From positions 25,520 to 89,519 of the forward strand of contig JBICHP010000016.1 of assembly GCA_043100935.1 (NCBI GenBank): DNA of 64,000 bases. Direction: 5' to 3'. The notes below the pieces were generated by a model. That model made no database searches and was not told where the DNA came from. It saw only the letters and a program-made list of their open reading frames with translations. This document shows, piece by piece, positions 9,319-18,562 of this stretch. Made by a program: the position numbers and the translations under genes. The DNA is from Phycisphaerales bacterium JB054. GTDB taxonomy: Bacteria; Planctomycetota; Phycisphaerae; Phycisphaerales; UBA1924. Position 1 is the stretch's first letter. Every line of letters begins with the position of its first letter.

Positions 9319-12300
9319 ATGTCCATTCGTTCCGCCGTCGGCCTCACCGCCGCTGTCACACTCTGGCTCACCCTCGCCGCCCTCGCGTCCATGCCGGAGC
9401 GCCACGAGAGCGGGGCGGCCTTCCTGCCCGTGTCGCACGAGGCCAACCGGTCCTTCCGCCCGGGCACGGCGCGCCCCGAGGCCATGCCCGCCGCGATCGC
9501 CACCGCTGAGGACAAGGCCGATCCCAAGGAGGACGAGGTCAAGCTCACCCTCGACCGGATCTTCCCGGAGAAGTCCTTCTTCGGCCCGTCGGCGAGCCGC
9601 GTGTCGTTCAGCCACGACGGCCGTTTCGCCGCGTTCCTCTACCGGTCCTACGCCGAGCGCCGCCACGGGAGCGATCTCTACGTGCACGACTCCGAGACCG
9701 GGCAGACCCGCCGCATCACCAGCGTCGGACGCATGGCCGAGTTCCAGGCCGACGTGCGTGAGGTCCGCGACGACCGCGAGAAGCAGGCCAAGAAGGCGGG
9801 CATCACGCTCCAGTCTCTCGCCGATGAACAGGCCGCCCGCCTGGGCTGGCCCGCCTCGAGCCCCCTGGGCACGTGGAAGGGCGACGCCACCACCGAGGGC
9901 GGCCCGATCGACCAGGGACGGGCCACGCTCTTTCTCGCCCGCAGCAAGAAGGACTCGTTCGAGGGATACGTCCGCATCGGCCTGGTCAAGCTCGCGCTGA
10001 CCGACGCCAAGTTCGACACCGAGACCAGCACCCTCACCGCGACCATCGACGACAAGACGCTCTCGGTCAAGGGCTCGCTCGAGGCGACCGCTGGCGAGGA
10101 CTTCGGTTCCCTCGCCGGCACGCTGACTCTCGAAGAACCCGCCCAGACCGTCGCGTTCACAGTCGCACCCAGCGACGAGACCAAGCCCGACGACGATTCG
10201 CCCAAGGGCGTCATCGGCGCGATCGGTGAACGTCTGACGCTCGGCGACGTCGTCACCGACGCAGACGCCGAGATCAACGACGAGAAGAACGGCAAGGCCC
10301 CCGACAAGCGCGCCCCGCGCTACGGCGGCGTCCAGGGCTTCGAGTGGTCCGAATCGAGCAACGAGATGCTCCTGCTCTCCGGCGGCGACATCTACCGGCT
10401 CCGCTTCGACGGCGACAAGTGGGCCGCCCCCACCAGCCCGCCCGACCCCGCCGACAAGGACGCGAAGGGCAAGCCCGTGACGCCCTACCGGGGCGACCTC
10501 GAGCGCCTCACCTTCACCCGCGAGCGGGAGTCCGACGTCCAGTACCTCCCCGACGGCTCCGGCTACACCTACCTCCGCGACGGTGCGCTCCTCCGCGTCA
10601 GCTTCGGCGATCACCGCATCGTCCAGCTCGACCCCGAGCTCAAGGACGGCGAACGCATGGTCGGCTACCGCATCAGCCCCGACCAGAAGCGGCTGGTCTT
10701 CCTCGCCAACCGCGGCGACAGCTACTGGGGCCGCGGCACCTCCGTCACCATCGTCAACTACCGCGAGCGCTTTGCGCGAGCCAACCAGGTCACCCGCCAC
10801 ATGCCCGACAGCCCGTGGCCCGACGCCTTCACCAGCGTCTACCTCTACGACCTCGACGGCCACGAGACCGAGGAAGGGACCCTCGAGCGTGTCTTCACCA
10901 AGCGACTCACCGGCCCCCGCGACATCCTCCGCATGCCCGAGTGGTCGCCCGACTCGGCCCGCATCGCCTTCGCGGCTTACGAGCAGTCGACGGGCCTCGT
11001 CAAAGTGCTCGAAGCCGGGTTCGTCGAAGAGAACGCCGACGAGGACAAGAACGCCGACGCCCAGAAGGACGACGCCTCCGAGGACGCAGACGACGCCGAC
11101 AACGACGATGAGAACGAGGACAACGGCGACAACGACGACGGCGACGATACAGAATCGAAACAGGACGCCAAGGACGACGCCACCGAACCCGAGAAGGACG
11201 AGGACAAGCCCGAGTTCGAGATCGAGAACGCCAAGGTCGTCTACGAGTTCTACCACTTCGGCGGCCCCAACACCCCGGGCATGATCCAGCCCCAGTACCT
11301 CCCCGACAGCCGCCGCATGGCCTTCATCACCGAGCTGTCCGGCTTCCGCCAGCTCCACCTGCTTGATCCGCGCTACCAGCAGCTCACCCAGCTCACCTAC
11401 GGCCAGTTCGAGGTCTACCCCTTCGACATCTCCGACGACAACTCCACGATCTTTGCCACCGCGACCAAGGACGACCCCAACCAGGGCCACGTCTACGCGA
11501 TCAACCTCGAGTCCGGCGACATGACCAAGCTGACCAGCGTCGACGGCGACTACAGCTCGGTCGCCGTCCGCGACGACGGCTCGCTCCTGCTCGCCAGCCA
11601 CATCGACTTCGGCTCACCCCGCGAGCTCGTCGCCGTGACCCCGGCCGACGGTGCGACCACGCCCCTCACCGACTCGCACCCCAAGGAGGCCCACGTCCTC
11701 ACGACGGCCTCTCCCGAGTACTTCACCTACGAGAACCGCCACGGACAGACCATCCACGGCCACATGTTCAAGCCCAAGGATTTCTCCCCCGAGGACAAAC
11801 GCCCGCTCCTGATCTACGTCTACGGCGGCCCGCTCGGCGAACGCAAGATGGCCACCCGCGGTGCCTTCGCCGCCCCGAGCTACTTCTTCGCCCGCTACAT
11901 GGCCGAGGTCCACGGCTACGTCACCGCCACCATCGACCCCCGTGGCGCCTCCGGCTACGGCGCTGTCTTCGAGAAGGCCAACTTCGAGCAGGTCGGCAAG
12001 CCGCAGACCGAAGACCTCGTCGACGGCGCCCGCTGGCTCGTCAAGCAGGGCGGCATCGACGAGAAGAAGATGGGTCTGCACGGGTGGTCGTTCGGAGGGT
12101 TCCAGACCCAGATGGTGATGTACACCGAGCCCGACGTCTTCGCCGTCGGCATGGCCGGCGCCGGACCCACCGAGTGGTTCAACTACAACTCCTGGTACAC
12201 CACCGGCACCATCGGCCCGCACAAGCCCGGACAGCTCAACCTCAAGGACCAGTCGCTCCTGCCCTTGGCCAAGAACATCAAGGGCCGGCTGCTCCTCGTC

Positions 12301-12753
12301 CACGGCATGGAGGACTCCAACGTTCTCTACCAGGACACCGTCAACGTCTACCGCGAACTCCTGAAGGCCGACAAGGAGGTCAACGTCGAGCTCTTCCTCG
12401 ACCCCACCGGCGGCCACGGCCTCGGCGGCGATGTCAAGACCATCGGACGCTACCGCAAGTACGAGGACTTCCTCCTCCGCTACCTCGGCAAAGGCGAGCC
12501 CGCCAAGGCCGATGAGCCGGAGAAGGCCGACGACGCCGAGGACCCCGCCGAGGACAACGCCGAGGCTCCCGCAGACGAGGCCGCTGACGAATCCGCCGAC
12601 GAAGGCGCGACAGGCGATGATGCCGATTCCACTGGTGAGACCGACGAGGGCGACTCCGACGACTTCAACGAAGACGAACAAGAAAGCGACGACGGAGCCG
12701 AGGGCCTTCAGGACGCCGGGCACTCGCTGCAGGCCCAGACGGCAAACCCCTAG
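9319..12753 (+). CDS. Large secreted S9-family serine peptidase (prolyl oligopeptidase/DPP-like) with beta-propeller region and polyacidic inserts
   Basis: Signal peptide (SAVGLTAAVTLWLTLAALA). Nucleophile elbow GWSFGG, later HGMEDSNV and GGHGLGG consistent with a Ser-Asp-His triad. TolB/DPP-like propeller repeats upstream. ATG at 9319. Confidence 0.85.
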   Translation: MSIRSAVGLTAAVTLWLTLAALASMPERHESGAAFLPVSHEANRSFRPGTARPEAMPAAIATAEDKADPKEDEVKLTLDRIFPEKSFFGPSASRVSFSHDGRFAAFLYRSYAERRHGSDLYVHDSETGQTRRITSVGRMAEFQADVREVRDDREKQAKKAGITLQSLADEQAARLGWPASSPLGTWKGDATTEGGPIDQGRATLFLARSKKDSFEGYVRIGLVKLALTDAKFDTETSTLTATIDDKTLSVKGSLEATAGEDFGSLAGTLTLEEPAQTVAFTVAPSDETKPDDDSPKGVIGAIGERLTLGDVVTDADAEINDEKNGKAPDKRAPRYGGVQGFEWSESSNEMLLLSGGDIYRLRFDGDKWAAPTSPPDPADKDAKGKPVTPYRGDLERLTFTRERESDVQYLPDGSGYTYLRDGALLRVSFGDHRIVQLDPELKDGERMVGYRISPDQKRLVFLANRGDSYWGRGTSVTIVNYRERFARANQVTRHMPDSPWPDAFTSVYLYDLDGHETEEGTLERVFTKRLTGPRDILRMPEWSPDSARIAFAAYEQSTGLVKVLEAGFVEENADEDKNADAQKDDASEDADDADNDDENEDNGDNDDGDDTESKQDAKDDATEPEKDEDKPEFEIENAKVVYEFYHFGGPNTPGMIQPQYLPDSRRMAFITELSGFRQLHLLDPRYQQLTQLTYGQFEVYPFDISDDNSTIFATATKDDPNQGHVYAINLESGDMTKLTSVDGDYSSVAVRDDGSLLLASHIDFGSPRELVAVTPADGATTPLTDSHPKEAHVLTTASPEYFTYENRHGQTIHGHMFKPKDFSPEDKRPLLIYVYGGPLGERKMATRGAFAAPSYFFARYMAEVHGYVTATIDPRGASGYGAVFEKANFEQVGKPQTEDLVDGARWLVKQGGIDEKKMGLHGWSFGGFQTQMVMYTEPDVFAVGMAGAGPTEWFNYNSWYTTGTIGPHKPGQLNLKDQSLLPLAKNIKGRLLLVHGMEDSNVLYQDTVNVYRELLKADKEVNVELFLDPTGGHGLGGDVKTIGRYRKYEDFLLRYLGKGEPAKADEPEKADDAEDPAEDNAEAPADEAADESADEGATGDDADSTGETDEGDSDDFNEDEQESDDGAEGLQDAGHSLQAQTANP

Positions 12754-12792
12754 CCACCGCCGTACCCGGCGCTCCAACACGATCCCCCACAC

Positions 12793-12824
12793 AAAGGCCC
12801 CGAGCAGTTGCTCGGGGCCTTTTG
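12793..12824 (+). terminator. Rho-independent terminator between convergent genes (possibly bidirectional)
   Basis: Perfect 13-bp stem AAAGGCCCCGAGC / GCTCGGGGCCTTT with AGTT loop and a T-run in and after the 3' arm. Lies between the stops at 12753 (+) and 12852 (-). Confidence 0.7.
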
Positions 12825-12851
12825 ATATCCGCACGATCTTCCGTGCCACTT

Positions 12852-13832
12852 CTACGCCAGCGCGTCCTCGATCACGCGCACCGTTTTGGCAAGGCCCGTC
12901 TTCGCGACCTTGCCCAGGTCCTGCTCCCAGTACTTCGGGTTGTAGAGCTCAAGCGAGATGCACCCTGTGTAGCCGATGTCCCGCAGGTCACGCAGCGACT
13001 CGGCCAGCGGCAGGACCCCCTCGCCGGGGTACACCCGGTGCTCGTCCTTCAGGTCCGGCACCTTCGGCGACGCCGGCGCATCGTTGAACTGGAAGATCGC
13101 GATGAAGTCTCCACGCAGATGCTTGAGCCCCGAGAAGCCCGAGCCGCCAATGAGCATGTGGAACACGTCCGGGATGATCTTCGCCTTCGGGTGATCCGCA
13201 TCGATCGCGATCTGCGACGCCTGCCCCATCGTCCGCGACCCCTCAAGAAACTCCACAAACACCATCGCCGGGTTGATGCCGTAGTCGCCCAGCCCGATCT
13301 CCAGCAGCTCCCGGTACCGCGCCGCCGCCCAGAACGGGTCAAAGTCCCGCCACGCGCGCGCAGGCTGCGGGATGGTCTGGATGTACTCGGCCCCGATCGC
13401 CGCCGCCTGCCGCATCCGCCGCCGAGAATCCACCAGCGACGCGTCAAACTCCTCCCGTGTCGGCGGGATGGCGTTCCACAGGCCGATCACGCTCGGCACG
13501 AAGAGCCCCGCGTCCTCGATCCGGCGCCGCAGCTCACCAAGATCGCCGTGCTCCTGCTCGTACTGGTGCACCTCGCCCTCCCAGGGCTCGATCGCGTCAA
13601 ACCCGGCCTCAGAGGCAAACCGGATCTTGTCCACAAGCGACGCTGGCCGGATCGTCGCGGTGTCCAGGCAGACCGGCCACGGGCTCCTGCCGCCCTGATA
13701 CCGCCACGCCCGCTTCGCGTCGCCGGCCTCCGGCTGCAGAGCGCGGCTCCGCCCCAATGCCTCACCCGCAACCGCCGTCAACCCCACTCCCGCCGCGGCA
13801 CCCGCCGCCATGAACTCTCGCCGCTTCATCAT
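12852..13832 (-). CDS. Tat-exported sugar phosphate isomerase/epimerase (xylose isomerase-like TIM barrel)
   Basis: Twin-arginine signal (MMKRREFMAAGAAAGVGLTAVAG). AP-endonuclease-2/xylose-isomerase-like TIM barrel features (GFDAIEPW, GCISLELYNP). Confidence 0.8.
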   Translation of the reverse strand: MMKRREFMAAGAAAGVGLTAVAGEALGRSRALQPEAGDAKRAWRYQGGRSPWPVCLDTATIRPASLVDKIRFASEAGFDAIEPWEGEVHQYEQEHGDLGELRRRIEDAGLFVPSVIGLWNAIPPTREEFDASLVDSRRRMRQAAAIGAEYIQTIPQPARAWRDFDPFWAAARYRELLEIGLGDYGINPAMVFVEFLEGSRTMGQASQIAIDADHPKAKIIPDVFHMLIGGSGFSGLKHLRGDFIAIFQFNDAPASPKVPDLKDEHRVYPGEGVLPLAESLRDLRDIGYTGCISLELYNPKYWEQDLGKVAKTGLAKTVRVIEDALA

Positions 13833-13903
13833 CACACTCCTTGAAGACTCGTGCGCAGCCGAACTCCCTTTGTCGGACCGCCCTACCACGGTACACTGAA
13901 CCG

Positions 13904-14740
13904 ATGAACCCCATCACCAAGCGTGCGCTCGCCCTCGTGCTGCTCATTACCCCGCTCGCAGCCGCACAGCCGGACACCGACAGTCTCCGCGGCCCGGACG
14001 TGCCCGACACCGCCCGCCGCACGCTCATCCACCGCTCCATGACCGGGGATTTCCAACGGGTCGAGGGCCGCCCCGAGGCCGCCGCACTCCAACTGCTCGA
14101 CCTCGACGAACAGACCCGCCAGCGGGCCACCGAGGTGCTCGACGCCCGCGACATGGCCGTCGCCATGCTGCTCGTCGAAGAGATCGACGCCGTCAAGGTC
14201 ATCTCCGACGCCACCATCGCCCAGGACCGCCAGCTCGTCAACCAGCTCATGCACGAGCTCTGGGAGTCCTTCGACCCCGAGACCTCCCGCAGCCCGCTTC
14301 TGGCTCCACTCGCCGAAGTACTCCCCCCCGCCCAGCACGCCGAACTGACCCGAATCGTCGACGAGTACTGGGACGCCCTCGTCGCCTGGCAGACCCGCGA
14401 CCAGCCCACCGACGACGCCGATCAAGCCGCCGCGCTCCGCCAACAGACCGAACGCCGACTCGCCTACGAGATGTTCGCCGCCGAGGTCGGCACCGGCTAC
14501 AACGCCACACTCCTGCGCTATCGCCAGGCCATGGACGCCCTCTACGAGGCGGTCCAGCCCACCGACGAGCAGCGCGAGCAGATGCGCACCATCCTCATCG
14601 ACCACATCAGAGAGACCCAGCTCCGCCCGACACCCGAGCAGCGCCGCGCGACCAACCGACGCATCTACGACCTGCTCGACGAAGAACGCCGCGGGCTCAT
14701 GTTCGACTACCTGCTGCGCAGAGTCGTGCCGGACAACTGA
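13904..14740 (+). CDS. Secreted hypothetical protein with LTxxQ-like helical repeats
   Basis: ATG at 13904 and signal peptide (ALALVLLITPLAAAQP). Acidic helical protein with repeated xTxEQR segments (QPTDEQREQM, RPTPEQRRAT) reminiscent of Spy/CpxP-type periplasmic proteins. This is a weak call. Confidence 0.5.
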   Translation: MNPITKRALALVLLITPLAAAQPDTDSLRGPDVPDTARRTLIHRSMTGDFQRVEGRPEAAALQLLDLDEQTRQRATEVLDARDMAVAMLLVEEIDAVKVISDATIAQDRQLVNQLMHELWESFDPETSRSPLLAPLAEVLPPAQHAELTRIVDEYWDALVAWQTRDQPTDDADQAAALRQQTERRLAYEMFAAEVGTGYNATLLRYRQAMDALYEAVQPTDEQREQMRTILIDHIRETQLRPTPEQRRATNRRIYDLLDEERRGLMFDYLLRRVVPDN

Positions 14741-14767
14741 CATCCCCGCGCCCGCCCACCCGCCGGC

Positions 14768-15844
14768 TCAGTCCCGCCGGTGGTCGTGCCCGTCGTTGCC
14801 GTCGTGCTGCTCGCGCAGGTGCGCCCGCAGCAGATCCTCGCCAAAGTCCCGCTCCGGGTCGTGCCACACCGTGTGGATGTGGTTGGCGTTGTCCTGCGTG
14901 TTGTCATACTCAATGACAAACCGCGGCCCGGCCAGCCGGTAGTAGTGGGGCCGCCCCGCCTCGTCCGAACCGATCCACAGAAAGCGGACACCATCAAGCC
15001 CCGCCTCACGCATCCGCGCACCCTGCACCGCCGCCAGCCCCGGCTCCAGATTCCCAGCCCACTCGGCAAGCAACGCCTCGACCAGCTCCCGCTGCGGCGC
15101 GGTCATGTCGGCGTACGCCACACCCTTGCTCGTGTCGAGACGGTCGGCCGCGACGCCAGGCGACAGCAACACGTCTCGCGGCACCGGGCCGCTCAGCACC
15201 CCGACCTCCCGCTGCGCCGAGTCCAGCGACTCCACCAACCGGCGACCGAGCGACTCCTCCTCCAGCAACACGCCCAACCCCGCCCGCGGCCCGGCACGCA
15301 CCTGGCCCGGGTTCGACCCGAAAAACGCCGGCGTCACCGCGACCTCACCCGCCACCGACGAGAAGTTCAGCGAAAGGTGGTGCCCCTCAAACCGCCAACC
15401 CCACGGCCCCCCGCCCGCCGGATCGCCAAACACCGTCACGAAGAACAGCCCCGGGTCTCGAAACGACGCGTTCTGCCCGCGCCCCTCCTCAATCTCCCGC
15501 AGCACATCCTCCAGCGCCACCACCAGCATCGCCTTGCGATAGCCCCGCGACGAGAGCCCCGCCCGCAGCAGGTCGTGCGCCGCCAGCCGCTCAGCGTCGT
15601 GCATCTCCTTGAGCGACACCCCGGCACGCCGACGCGGGATGTAATGCCAGTCGAGACGGTTGGCATCGTCAAACGCCAGCACCGCCCGCTCGCGCAGCTC
15701 GGGCCTCAGCGACTCCACAAACGCGGCCGCGGCCGCCCGCATGTCGTCGTCCGCGTCCGCAGCCGCTGTCCATCCGCCGGCCCACCCACCGGCCAGCCCG
15801 ACCACCTGCGATATCACGAGCATCACCAACGCAATCAACGGCAT
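14768..15844 (-). CDS. DUF3500-family protein (secreted, unknown function)
   Basis: ATG at 15844 and an N-terminal hydrophobic segment. Conserved-looking blocks (WHYIP, WRFEGHHLSLNF, FVIEYDNTQDNANHIHTVWHDP) match my recollection of DUF3500. The Arg-rich N-terminal extension in the ORF track is rejected. Confidence 0.65.
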   Translation of the reverse strand: MPLIALVMLVISQVVGLAGGWAGGWTAAADADDDMRAAAAAFVESLRPELRERAVLAFDDANRLDWHYIPRRRAGVSLKEMHDAERLAAHDLLRAGLSSRGYRKAMLVVALEDVLREIEEGRGQNASFRDPGLFFVTVFGDPAGGGPWGWRFEGHHLSLNFSSVAGEVAVTPAFFGSNPGQVRAGPRAGLGVLLEEESLGRRLVESLDSAQREVGVLSGPVPRDVLLSPGVAADRLDTSKGVAYADMTAPQRELVEALLAEWAGNLEPGLAAVQGARMREAGLDGVRFLWIGSDEAGRPHYYRLAGPRFVIEYDNTQDNANHIHTVWHDPERDFGEDLLRAHLREQHDGNDGHDHRRD

Positions 15845-15881
15845 CGACACTCTCCCACGCCCACACCGGGCACGGTGCGGT

Positions 15882-16577
15882 TTATGACCGGCGCGCGGCC
15901 TTCGAGCCGCTCGCCTTCCCGGCCGCTCGTGTCGCGGCCTTCTTCGCCGGTGCCTTCTTCGCAGCAGCCTTCTTGCTCCCGGATTTCTTGGCCGCCGTCT
16001 TCTTGATCGCAGCCTTCTTGCCGGTCGCCTTCTTGGCCGCGGTCTTCTTCGCCGCAGGCTTGACGCCCGCCTTCTTGGCCGCCTTCTTCGCCGCAGGCTT
16101 CCTCGCACCGCTCTGCTTGATGACGCTCTCGTAGTGCTCGATGTACATCTTCACCGGCACCCGCTTGATCGCCTCGCCGACCACGTCCAGCGGCACGTCC
16201 TCGAGCTTCTTAAACCGAATGCACGCCTTGCCCATATCGAGCTTGCGGGCCCTGCCCTCCGCGGCCGCGGCTTCCCAGCCCTTGATAAACCGGTCCCGGT
16301 GCTCGTCGATGCCGTAGATGCACATCATGTACATCGACATGTGGTTCTTCTGCGACGCCAGCCCCGCAAACGGCAGCGGCTGTTTCGGGTCGCAGTGATA
16401 CCCGTCCGGGTACACGCTGTGCGGCACGAAGTACCCGATCATGCCGTACTGCATCCCCTCCTCATACCCCTTGCCGAGGTTCTTCTTGAAGACCTTGCGG
16501 ATCGCTTCGAGGGCCTTCCGCCGGTCCTCGGGCAGTTCCTTCAGATACGCCTCAACCGTCGTCGCCTTGCTCTGCAT
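15882..16577 (-). CDS. DUF1801 (YdhG-like) domain protein fused to a histone H1-like Lys/Ala-rich tail
   Basis: ATG at 16577. The N-terminal 150 aa are YdhG/DUF1801-like (VEAYLKELPEDRRKALEAIRKVFKKN...). The C-terminal ~75 aa consist of AKKA/PAAKK repeats. Confidence 0.7.
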   Translation of the reverse strand: MQSKATTVEAYLKELPEDRRKALEAIRKVFKKNLGKGYEEGMQYGMIGYFVPHSVYPDGYHCDPKQPLPFAGLASQKNHMSMYMMCIYGIDEHRDRFIKGWEAAAAEGRARKLDMGKACIRFKKLEDVPLDVVGEAIKRVPVKMYIEHYESVIKQSGARKPAAKKAAKKAGVKPAAKKTAAKKATGKKAAIKKTAAKKSGSKKAAAKKAPAKKAATRAAGKASGSKAARRS

Positions 16578-16602
16578 CTGTTGATCTCCATGAGTCTCGG
16601 CG

Positions 16603-17034
16603 TTACATCCGCGGCGCCGGCTCCGACTCGCCGCACTCCGGGCACATGCTCGGCACCGGGAGCCCATCCAACGCATACCCACACGCCGGGCACACCCGCG
16701 CCCCACGCTCCCGCAGCACCTCGCGATAGTACCGCAGATGGAATCGTCCGTAGGTCCACGCAAACCACGGGACACACCCGCCAGCGATCGCCGCCACGAT
16801 CAGTGTGTGCGCCCATTCGCGCGAAATGCCCGCCAGGGCAGCCACCCAATCGTCGAGCAGCACACTCAGCGCAATCCCCACGACGATCGGGGGCGCAACC
16901 ACCGTCGCCGTGTAGCCCGCCAGTCGGCCCGGCGGGCATCGCTCGTGCGCGGTTCGAAGCACCGCCCTGCGCTCCGACGCCGTCAGGCCGAGCCCGCTCG
17001 CATCCTCCTCTCGACGGAACCAGTCCAGCGGCAT
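16603..17034 (-). CDS. Small membrane protein with C-terminal zinc ribbon (CPxCGY...CPECG)
   Basis: ATG at 17034. Two or three hydrophobic segments, then RVCPACGYALDGLPVPSMCPECG. The rest of ORF 16603..18408 is antisense to trkA and was rejected. Confidence 0.55.
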   Translation of the reverse strand: MPLDWFRREEDASGLGLTASERRAVLRTAHERCPPGRLAGYTATVVAPPIVVGIALSVLLDDWVAALAGISREWAHTLIVAAIAGGCVPWFAWTYGRFHLRYYREVLRERGARVCPACGYALDGLPVPSMCPECGESEPAPRM

Positions 17035-17106
17035 GATTCCAGCATACCAACAGCTTCCCGCCAACCCTGCTAGAATCCGCTTCGCACCCGCCAGGACTCC
17101 TTTTGC

Positions 17107-18444
17107 ATGAAGATTCTCATCTGCGGCATGGGCGAAGTCGGGACCCACTCGACCGAGTTTCTCAACAAGGGCGGACGCTCCATCACCGCCGTCGACTCCG
17201 ACCCCGCCAAGCTCCGCACCATCGCCGACACCATGGACGTCAGCGTCCTCCAGGGCAACTGCGCAAGCGCCGCCGTACTCCGCGAGGCCGGCGCCGCCAC
17301 CGCCGATCTCGTCCTGGCCACCACCGACAACGACGAGGTCAACATCGTCACCGCCAGCCTCGCCAAGGCCCTCGGCGCCAAACGCACCGTCGCCCACATC
17401 CGCCACGCCACCTACTTCGACCAGTCCGATGTCGACTACGAGAACCACTTCGGCATCGACCACATCGTCTGCCCGCAATACGCCACCGCCGCCGCCATCG
17501 CCAGGTCGCTCCGCAACCCCGCCGCCATCGCCATCGAGCACTTCGCCCGCGGCCGCATCGACATGCACGAGGTCTCCCTCAAGGACAACGCCTCCTCCAT
17601 CGGCAAGCCGCTCTCCCAGATCCAGCTCCCCCAGGGCACACGCATCGCCTCGGTCTCGCGCGCCGGCCAGGCCTTCATCCCCGGACGCGACACCGTGCTC
17701 CAGGACGGCGACCGACTCGTCCTCATCGGCGACACCGACGTCTTCGACGACATGCTCCGCCGCATCGGCGTCAAGGACCACCGCCGCCGCACCGTCGTCG
17801 TCATGGGCGGCACACCCATGGCCGCGTGGCTCTGCGAGGTCCTCCACAAGCGTGAGTGGTCCATCCGCCTCTTCGAGACCGACACCGACCGCGCCCACGA
17901 ACTCGCCGAACGCCTCGACTGGGTCACCGTCATCAACGCCGACCCCACCGACAACAGCGTCTTCGCCGAAGAGCACATCGCCCAGGCCGACGTCTTCATC
18001 GCCGTCCACCGCGAGGAGGAAGAGAACATCGTCGGCGCCGTCTTCGCCAAGGCCGGCGGCGTCACCGAGTGCGTCGCCGTCGTCGAGCGTGCCCGATACC
18101 TCGACCTGCTCTACCACATCGGCGTCGACCGGGCCTACTCCCCCGGCATGGTCGCCGCGAAGGAACTCGGCATCCTCCTCGACGACAGCCCCTTCCTCCG
18201 CATGGCCTCGCTGGCCTCGGGCGTCGATGTCTACCTCTGGCGGGTCACCGCCGGCGACATCAAGACTGAACGCCCGCTCATCGAGATGAACCTCTTCCCC
18301 AACGGCGTGATCGCCGCGATCCGCCGCGGCGGCGATGTCTGGGTCCCCGGAGCCCAGGACTCCATCAAGCCCGGCGACTCCATCATGGTCATCGGCCGCG
18401 CCGGGCACGAGACCGAACTCCGCAAGGCCCTCCGCGGCTCATGA
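17107..18444 (+). CDS. trkA: Trk potassium uptake system NAD-binding protein TrkA
   Basis: Two RCK/TrkA-N Rossmann modules (MKILICGMGEVG and VVVMGGTPMAAWL), each followed by a TrkA-C-like segment. Immediately upstream of trkH. Confidence 0.9.
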   Translation: MKILICGMGEVGTHSTEFLNKGGRSITAVDSDPAKLRTIADTMDVSVLQGNCASAAVLREAGAATADLVLATTDNDEVNIVTASLAKALGAKRTVAHIRHATYFDQSDVDYENHFGIDHIVCPQYATAAAIARSLRNPAAIAIEHFARGRIDMHEVSLKDNASSIGKPLSQIQLPQGTRIASVSRAGQAFIPGRDTVLQDGDRLVLIGDTDVFDDMLRRIGVKDHRRRTVVVMGGTPMAAWLCEVLHKREWSIRLFETDTDRAHELAERLDWVTVINADPTDNSVFAEEHIAQADVFIAVHREEEENIVGAVFAKAGGVTECVAVVERARYLDLLYHIGVDRAYSPGMVAAKELGILLDDSPFLRMASLASGVDVYLWRVTAGDIKTERPLIEMNLFPNGVIAAIRRGGDVWVPGAQDSIKPGDSIMVIGRAGHETELRKALRGS

Positions 18445-18562
18445 TCCCTCGCCACGACCAAGCCGCCGCCCGCCCGCCCAATCGACAGCCCGACGCGCGG
18501 TACCATCCGCCCTCGCACCACCGCACGCACGGCGTGCGCTCCATCGATCCGGGAACCCCGCG

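Noticed and set aside
9178-11601. 807-aa minus-strand ORF antisense to the S9 peptidase. Similar very long ORFs include 25492..28629(-), 29325..31712(-), 44386..46083(-), 8062..9318(+ extension), 43461..46388(+), 45725..47713(+), 59987..62377(+) and others.
   Set aside because: Their composition is dominated by Gly/Ala/Arg/Pro/Asp/Val runs with no motifs. They overlap, antisense or out of frame, ORFs that carry clear enzyme signatures. Long open frames in all six phases are expected at this GC content.
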